Both the position numbers and the translations under genes were made by a program. The notes below the pieces were generated by a model. It saw nothing but the letters and a program-made list of their open reading frames with translations. It had not been told where the DNA came from and searched no databases. Below, one piece after another: positions 55,393-64,000 of a stretch of 64,000 bases of DNA (the stretch's first letter is position 1; every line of letters starts with the position of its first letter). Location: the NCBI GenBank assembly GCA_951406725.2, contig OX597830.1:49228001-49292000 (forward strand), given 5' to 3'. The stretch comes from Octopus vulgaris. Taxonomy: Eukaryota.

Positions 55393-55994
55393 TAGAAGCA
55401 AATGTAGTAACGGCAACAACAGCTACAACAGTACCGACAAAACACACATTATTATTATTACACTTCTTATCACCGGCAAATCTAAATTATAGAAATAACA
55501 TTGGTGGCAGCAAGCGATATTAGTATTAAACAGTTATACAATAAATTCATAATTATATTAGAGGGTACACGAATCCCCAGCCGGCTAGAAAGTGGAATCA
55601 AAACCCTCAACTTAACCACCAATCTCACTGAAAATATGCAGCAGACCAACAGAAATCGGGCAAACGAACAAAATTTAACATACCATCTCAGCTAAAAAGC
55701 CGTATAATGAGGTAACAGATATACCGGGATCATGATTTCGAATCCCGGCTACTGCCTTAATTCTCTTCAGCAGATCTTGCTATGCCTAAAATGAAAAAAA
55801 AAATCACCTCGCCTCGTTGTCATCTGTTACGTTTTGAATCGTCTCGCGCTAAATTCAAAATTCAAAACGAGCAGAATTTAACATAATATCTCATTTTACG
55901 TATAGTAAGTATTGAAAATACTATTCATTTTAGGTACAGCAAGACCTGCTGAACACACACATATGTCTATACACACACATATACATATCTATAC

Positions 55995-56382
55995 GATGGA
56001 AGCACTCCGTCGGTTACGACGACGAGGGTTCCGGTTGATCCGAATCAACGGAACAGCCTGCTCGTGAAATTAACGTGTAAGTGGCTGAGCACTCCACAGA
56101 CACGTGTACCCTTAACGTAGTTCTCGGGGATATTCAGCGTGACACAGAGAGTGACAAGGCCGGCCCTTTGAAATACAGGTACAACAGAAACAAGAAGTAA
56201 GAGTGAGAGAAAGTTGCGGTGAAAGAGTACAGCAGGGATCACCACCATCCCCTGCCGGAGCCTCGTGGAGCTTTTAGGTGTTTTCGCTCAATAAACACTC
56301 ACAACGCCCGGTCTGGGAATCGAAACCGCGATCCTATGACCGCTAGTCCGCTGCCCTAACCACTGGGCCATTGCGCCTCCAC
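55995..56382 (-). mobile_element. SINE family B
   Basis: Near-identical to the 55008 copy; imperfect TSD acatatc[t/a]atac. Confidence 0.95.
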
Positions 56383-56539
56383 ACATATCAATACACACAC
56401 GTAAGCGATGTACGTACGCCTGTGTGTGTACGTTTTGTACATTGTGTATGTAAATGGTTCATTTTAACGCCCAAGAATGAATGACTATTCTACATGAGAA
56501 ATTTTCCCCAAACGTCATACATTCATTTACGTAAGAATA

Positions 56540-56572
<33 letters not shown>

Positions 56573-57686
56573 CCACGCAATCATTTATATATGTGTGTAT
56601 GTACGTATAAAGGCATGCATACGTATATATATATATATATACACTAATATGTACATATACACACATATAATTATATATCCTCACACTTATTCACCTATAC
56701 ACACTCGCTCATACGTACATACAAATATGCATACATTTTACTTCTGCGAGCTGAAATAATTCTATAAACACTTTTTCCTCAATAGAATCGGTAGATCTTC
56801 GATAACAAAATATCGATTTCCTCTCAATTTGTAGCTGATTACACGCATTTCACAGCATTACTTCACTCAAGCTAAAAATGGTACGAATTATAGTAAGAAT
56901 AAAAAAAATAAACATGAATTCTTTCTCACACGTCATTTTATTGCATTGAACTTGGAATTTTTCAGCGTTAACATAACTTGGTGCAAAACATCACTTTGAA
57001 TATGACCAAGGGATTTCACCTCTGTATGCTGTGACAAGAAATAACTACATGTGCATTATCTATCGACAAACACTCGTGCAGGTTTCATATAGATACATAC
57101 GTACACACATGTATACACACATATATCGTTTCAATATGTCTGGGTTTTTTTTCTTATATGGTAGATATGAGAATATGTGTGTAAGGAAATATCTGGAGGA
57201 ATGTCTATAAAATATTTGACTGTACAAAGTGATATCTACAAATATACACAATTTTACGAACCTCGTCTATTGATATTTAATGTCGTAAAGATATACGAAC
57301 GCATTCTTAGTGATACAAAGATAAATAAAGTTCATTCATACATTTAATGATGTCATTGAGACAGCGAAGGAACCTGAGGATTTTTCTATCATGTTAGTTG
57401 AACAATGTTATATATCCATAATAATAGCTATTTCTTTGGTTCCAGGGAATGTTAATTACTAGTAAACTGAATGAAAGAGACTTCAAGATTCTGTGGAAAA
57501 CTGCTTCGGAATAACATTCTTGGAATATCTTCTCAACCAATAACGATATGGCTTCTGAAGTAACACTGAAGTAAATATAATTGGAAGAACCAGAAAGTAG
57601 AAAACTTTTTATTTCAAAGTCTTTAAATTTGAGTGTCACAGGAGATTTATGAAGATGCAAGCGAACAAATTGTTCTCGTTTCGTTG

Positions 57687-57724
<38 letters not shown>

Positions 57725-57756
57725 ATAGATAGATAGATATAGATATGTATTATATA

Positions 57757-57818
<62 letters not shown>

Positions 57819-57907
57819 GTCCACGAGAGAATGCTGTAAATATCTGTAACGTGTTCAATAAAATTACCGATTTGGAAAATCTCCAAATATATAGATATGT
57901 ATGTATA

Positions 57908-57991
<84 letters not shown>

Positions 57992-58053
57992 ACGAGAGAA
58001 TGCTGTAAATATCTGTAACGTGTTCAATAAAATTACCGATTTGGAAAATCTCC
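57819..58053. repeat. Identical ~66-bp direct repeat separated by a TA-rich tract
   Basis: gtccacgagagaatgctg...ggaaaatctcc at ~57819-57884 and ~57988-58053. Confidence 0.92.
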
Positions 58054-58074
58054 GTTCTCCAGACTTGTTATATA

Positions 58075-59400
58075 TATGCTGTGTGTCCCCAAAATATAGA
58101 CACAGTTTAATAGATAAGAACTCAATATCCATTAGAAATCGACTTATGCGACTTATTTATCACATGAATTGTAAATAATTTTGAATGAGATGGAAGCGGT
58201 CAGAATGTATTTGAGAGCCATTCCAGAAATCGCGGATATCAACGAGGCTACAAAGCAAGAAAGGCTACTAGAAACATTTAGACAAATTTCAAGAAAATCT
58301 GAGCGGCAAGGTGAGTCATGAGGTCGGAATTTTAAAATCAAGCGTTCATCGCATTTCGAATGGCGAGGCTACATTTGAACTAAATGGCTTCGTTAACTGT
58401 CAAAATTGTACATTTTGAAGAGAATCTGCGTCATTTTAATTTAACTGGAGTTAGAGCATGGTGCGGTTCATCATCAAAAGAATTAGTTGGATCCTTGTGA
58501 CTAGTCCCATTTCCTTGGACTTGCTCCAACAGTCCGTCATATAAACCATTGAAGAGAAATTTGAAGACTAATTTTGTTTTATCGTGTTATACGTTTCACT
58601 CATTAGACTGCGGCCATGCTGGGGCACCGTTTTGAAAATTTTTTTTTAGGCGAATGAATCGACTCCAGCACGTATTTTAAAGCCTGGTACTTACTTTTTC
58701 AGTCTCACTTTGCCGAACCACAAGTTTACAGGGACGTAAGCACACCAACACCGGTTGTCAAGCGGTAATGGGGTACAAACACAGACAAACATCTCTCTCT
58801 CTGTTTCTCTCTCTCTCTCTCTCTCTGTATATGTATATATATATACACATATACGACGGACTTCTTTCAATTTCGTCTACCTAATCCACTATCAGGGCTT
58901 TGGTCGGCCCAAGGCCATAGTTCCCCGAAGTGCCACGCAGTAGGATTGAACTCGGAAATATGTGGTTGGGAAGCACACTTCTTACCACAACCACACTTGC
59001 AGCAATAGTTGTTGAGTTTTATTTCCCCGCATTACTATAACGATTTAAGTGTCTTCCATAACGAAATCTCGCCAAAGATGTGGTTTGAACGAAGAGGTAC
59101 AGTAGAATAACCACTGCTAAAGGATTTGTGTGTGGATGCTCAAAAGAAAATGTTTGCGGAAACAAAATCAGCGACGGCCTTGAGAGAGGTCACCGAACTG
59201 AGAGAGGCCCATGAAGGAGAATGCGCACAAATACCGAATACAATGTTTGCAATTGATATGCTTCATGTTAGCAGCAGTACCTAGACCAGAACGGTCATGA
59301 GTTTGAAAACAGGTGTTTGTGAGAAAATAAATTCTATCTAGATTCTGTTAAATTATGAACGTGAGATGTACTTTCATTATTGATGCTGACTTTATAATCA
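58075..59400 (+). mobile_element. Decayed, deleted Tc1/mariner of maT (DD37D)-like type, split by a SINE
   Basis: EVGILKSSVHRI and EATFELNGFVNCQNCTF (cf. SDEATFxLNGxVNRHNC.YW) lie before the SINE; RRGTVE*P and DQNGHEFEN lie after it. Confidence 0.7.
58595..59002 (-). mobile_element. tRNA-derived SINE family A (diverged)
   Basis: gactgcggccatgctggggcacc...gtgccacgcagt...cttaccaca. Confidence 0.88.
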
Positions 59401-59541
59401 TTCAATATGTACTTACATATTCTGAGAACACCTTAAGTGTATTTCTTTATATTTATATGGAATAGCTGATATAATATAAATATTGTTTAGTTGGTTGGTT
59501 GATATGTCCACCCACGCTTTATATTGTATAAAGTGAGGAGA

Positions 59542-59617
<76 letters not shown>

Positions 59618-59978
59618 GACATAAGAGCTGTAGGAGGAGTGCTCATACTAGGTTTAGTGGTAAATAATGAATAAAGGAACACTATACATAGTGAATGAAA
59701 AAAAAAGAGAGTGGGCGTAAATGATTGAGTAGTTATGGAAGGTAAAATTTTGCTTTATTTTCTTTTATCTTAATGTAATAAATATCTTTTTGTTTTTAAG
59801 ATTATTCGTTTCATTATTTTGCGTGACCACGAAGAAATTTGCTAACAGCTTAAATTTTATTTATTGTGTATGTATCATATTTCTTCATATTCCATACGAT
59901 GCCAAAGTATACTTACAAAGCTCCCCATCATATGACAAGTATATGTATAACATATATACATATGGGCATACCTACATA

Positions 59979-60026
<48 letters not shown>

Positions 60027-60052
60027 GTTAGAAGGAAAAATTTAAAAAACTT

Positions 60053-60832
60053 TGGCGGGGCGTTAAAATGTTTATTGGCTGACCAAGATACGTGGCACCC
60101 ACGGAGCAGAAACCGTCGTCATGCGAAGTTTATTGTGCACAATATTCTCAGCTGTCTCAGGTGATATACTAATATTGACTTTTAAACGACTATTTTAAAG
60201 GCAGTGAGCTGGCAGAAACGTTAGCACACCGGGCGAAATGCTTAACGGTATTTCGTCTGCCGCAACGTTCTGAGTTCAAATTCCGCCAAGGTCAACTTTA
60301 CCTTTCATCCTTTCGGGGTCGATTAAATAAGTACCAGTTACGCACTGGGGTCGATATAATCGACTTAATCCGTTTGTCTGTCCTTGTTTGTCCTCTCTGT
60401 GTTTAGCCCCTTTTGGGTAGTAAAGACATAGGTATTTCGTCTGTCTTTACATTCTGAGTTCAAATTCCGCTAAGTCCGACCTTGCCATTCATCACTTCGG
60501 GGGTCGATAAATCAAGTACCAGTTGTGATCTAATCGACTGACCCCCCCTCCCCAAAAATTTCGTGCCTTGTCCCTAGAGTAGGAAAGAATAGCATTGGCT
60601 ATTTGATCTATACTCAATCACCTTTCATCCATCGCCATCTTGTAAACACGATGAATGTTTTTTTTTTCGGGCGTGGCAGTTCTAAATTCAGCTGCGCACT
60701 TTTGCACAGTCGATAAAGTTGGGACGTCACACCATAGTGTAATAATTATCATGTAAGTATGAATGTCTTTGGAGGATAAAACCTTTATCTGTAGGTATTT
60801 ATAAAACAACAATGTCAAGTTTTGTCCATTTT
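60053..60832 (-). mobile_element. Deleted mariner remnant interrupted by a SINE dimer
   Basis: Minus strand MDK..YKYLQIKVLSSKDIH...PTLSTVQKCAAEFR..NIHRVYKMAMDER..IDQIANA (mariner HTH). TIR-like ggggcgttaaaatgtttattggctgacc. Confidence 0.75.
60198..60590 (+). mobile_element. Nin/Deu-domain-like SINE, tandem or nested dimer
   Basis: aaggcagtgagctggcagaaacgttagc...gttcaaattccgcc..cctttcatcctttcggggtcgat, followed by a second ggtatttcgtctg..gttcaaattccgc unit. Confidence 0.9.
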
Positions 60833-61026
60833 AAATTTTTCTTGAGAACATTTCTTGGTGGTGAGACCGTAGCGGATCTATTTCTAACGTAAGGGTGTCC
60901 ACATAGTGGTTTCCTTCTAATATATCTATATAATACAATTTTACTGAACCTTCAGTTTTTTAATGCTAGACCACTGGTGTGAAATCGATGTTAATTAAAT
61001 TAATATCTAATTTCTCACCCTCATTT

Positions 61027-61117
<91 letters not shown>

Positions 61118-61128
61118 GTACTTAGGTG

Positions 61129-61521
61129 GGTTATAATACCAATTCAACAATAGGCACTGGTCGTAGTTCACTTCAATATTATAATCAATTAAATTAATTA
61201 GATAATTAATTAATTAACTGAATAATTGATCCGAGAGGCATTTCTTTACAATCATTGACCTCACCGACCAATAATGACCTTTCCCTTGTCACCCACTCCA
61301 TAGTAATCTATACAACGTCCCTTGTATAAGTTATTTGCAGAATATAACTTTAGCTCAAATAATATAATTCGTGACTAATTTGAAACTTAGACTTAGGTAA
61401 AGCAAAGAGGAGGACGTACGCCGGAAACAAGGACGCACATTATCGCCGACAGGGCGACAGAGAAGACAGATCTTTGACACTCAATAAAATATTTAATTAT
61501 CGTATGTAATTAATTCGTAAC
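61129..61521 (+). mobile_element. Possible solo LTR
   Basis: Ends (g)gttata...gtaaca, TATA-like tgtataag, and AATAAA about 35 bp before the end. No clean TSD. Confidence 0.3.
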
Positions 61522-62534
61522 AAAAGTGAAGTAGTTCTGATTGATTAGCAATGCAACTCTTTTAAAGCATAACAGCATCTGATTTCCAATCATGATTCTT
61601 ACAAAACAAATAAGATTTACGTGTGTGTGTGTGAAGCAGTATCAGTTCTAAATAGCATTCTGTGTATCATACGTAACGCAAATATACCGTTAAAACCTGG
61701 AACATCCGTTGATATCTTATGCACGTCTAGGGTTAAAAATCACAGAAATATATAACTGCAGCTGACGAAAATTACTTATTGTTCTTGTGTTAAACAAGAA
61801 CAATAATATTTATAATAATAATTTCTATCAAAATATTCAGTGAATTATTGCAACAATTTTGTATCTGCCCTTTTATATTCATTCTAACTTAAGTGTAAAT
61901 ATATCCTATCGTTTTTCACTTTTGAGAAAGCACTGTATGAAGCTCCTTTTCTTCTAAGTTTGTCTTCTGTTCTGTTCCAATACTCAGTTTCCGCTTTGTA
62001 TATTCTGTAAATACTCCTTCGCATATTACCTTAAATAGTTCAGTAGGAATGTTACTTCTCTTTTTCTTCTAGATATCAACCTAGACTTTTCTCTCGTTCT
62101 GTAAATTCGGCGTTTTATGAACAGAAAAGAGTATTTTGAGAGAACAGAAAGAGGAAACTTCGAAAAAATTATGACTTGAGGTTGTTACGGGGTTTCCATA
62201 TGTGAAGGAAAGAATACAACAGAGCGGATATTGTAGTGGCTGATTAGAAGGAACTATGTATTGCAATCTACGCGATATGGTCACTTGAGTCAAGAGTAAG
62301 GAAAAGATAAAAAAGCTAAAGTATGATAGTAAATATATTTTGTCCTTCGGTCTGTCAATTCTACTAACTATTCCCCTAAATTTGAGGAACGTTAAAAAGG
62401 AATGCTTTTGATGTGAGCGACAAATGAATAAATATATTTATCACGAGTTAAAGAGAATGAAGAAGAGAAACAAGAAACAACAAAACAGAAATTGAGGTGG
62501 GGGTTGTTATAAAATATTTGTTATAAATATTTTA

Positions 62535-62700
62535 GGGGGATGGCAGTGTTCGATTAAATCGACTTAGCTTGTATTTACCGACTCAGAACGGATGACAGGC
62601 AAATAGTGAAACTCGGTGGAATTCGAACTCAAACTATAAGCAGTAGAACAAATAGCCCAAGTAATTTTGTCCGGCGTTCTAACGATTCTTCTGAGTGCTG
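62535..62700 (-). mobile_element. Degraded Nin/Deu-domain-like SINE
   Basis: ggatgacaggcaaa..ctcggtggaattcgaactca..ttttgtccggcgttctaacgattct. Confidence 0.7.
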
Positions 62701-63099
62701 TTGGAAATGCGAAACGAGGAAAGTGGGGCACGAAAAAGAAATGAAGACTTAACGAGGAAAGCAAGTCTTATGTAAAGAAATTGAAGAGAAATTGAAACTG
62801 GTTTAATTTATTGAGGTTAGAAGACAGGTCAACGTTTCATAGGAAACTAGGTCAGTGGATGAAAAGAAAATGCGTAGACCAGGTTCATTGTAATCATCCG
62901 TATATTTAGTTTAGCTTATGGCTTCTTCTCATAATATCAATTACTCGTGTTTCAGGTTCTTTTGCAGACTACATCATTGGTAATGAAACTTCGCTCTAAT
63001 TTTAATTTTCTTTTACCTTTTCTGTTTTCATTAATATTTTTTCTGATAAACAACTATAATTATTGCAAAGTTTGCTCGAAACAAACTCTATATCGATAA

Positions 63100-63310
63100 A
63101 TGGCGTTCGCGTGATCACTCAATATGCAAGGAATAGCAGCCAGATAACTTCCCTACATCACATCCTACCAGCCATCTTAAAATAAAATTATGTTCGCTCA
63201 ATTATTTTGGGCTACTGAAATAAATATATGAAAAGGTGGGATGGTCATACATACTATCATAAGGCTACTTCTTGATCGAAGAAGGGTCTTGGACCTACGA
63301 CAAACAATGT
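63100..63310 (+). mobile_element. Ancient SINE 3' part
   Basis: gtgatcactcaa..aatagcagccagataacttccctacatcacatcctac..gggatggtcat; related to 21300-21545. Confidence 0.45.
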
Positions 63311-64000
63311 AACCGCATACAGTCTGTTCAGTGAACACCATCTCTTAAGTCTTAGACGGAATACCTAAAAGATTTACATGTAGCTTGTCTACAGGAATAT
63401 ACTTGGTCTAATTATATGATCAAAACATTTAATTAAGTTTCCTTTAGATTATAAAGATTAACACTAAAGACGCAGCTATGAAGAGATAGATGTTAATGAT
63501 GTCACATACCTAGAAGGAATAAAGTTATAAGTTCATATTGATGCTTAACAGTCTACATTGCGTCATAAATTGATAATAATGATAGTAAGAGATGGTGAAA
63601 GGTATTGGCAATTTAAGTCCTGTTAAGTTGATAGACGTCAATTATCATCTCTACTTCCAGCCTTAAGGAATGAACTGTTTCTATTATCTTCGTCATGTAA
63701 TAATATAGAGAACATCACTTAAAACTACATTCTCGCTTATTTTATTTATTCTTTACGTCAACCGACAACAGCGAATAAATGTTGTCATTTCCTGACAGAA
63801 CCTTATTCCATCATGCTATTGTATATATACACATACACCTGGAAATATAATATCACTCATAAATGACAACATGTTAATCAAATCCTGGCTATATAACTAG
63901 AATGATCTAATCAGTGTTAAGTTGGTGTGTTAACCAATTCAGTTCATTTTTCACTATGAACCAATAATAGACATTTATCACACGATTTGTTACTGAAAGT

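Overview
AT-rich, microsatellite-saturated eukaryotic non-coding DNA. The repertoire of tRNA-derived SINEs and the density of (TA)n, (TATC)n and (TAA)n tracts point to a coleoid cephalopod, most likely Octopus; this is inferred from recalled repeat families, not from a search. No host protein-coding gene can be supported, and most listed ORFs are microsatellite artefacts. Mobile elements present: a 5'-truncated Tx1/L1-type LINE sitting in (TATC)n, R4/Dong-type RLE LINEs of several ages sitting in (TAA)n, a second (TAA)n-anchored retroposon family, decayed mariner, Tc1 and maT-like (DD37D-type) transposons and MITEs, a non-autonomous Helitron, and many copies of three or four SINE families. The most notable observations are: (i) three hammerhead-ribozyme motifs in Penelope/retrozyme-like repeats, two with a CCGACGA core variant and one in a 358-bp unit with a terminal direct repeat; (ii) apparent partitioning of microsatellite types among retroelement families; (iii) a 617-bp inverted duplication (~98% identity) and a perfect 61-bp hairpin, both potential dsRNA/ADAR substrates; (iv) a locally templated LINE fragment captured inside a Tc1 transposase. 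Coordinates for degraded repeats are approximate, and all comparisons were made by eye.
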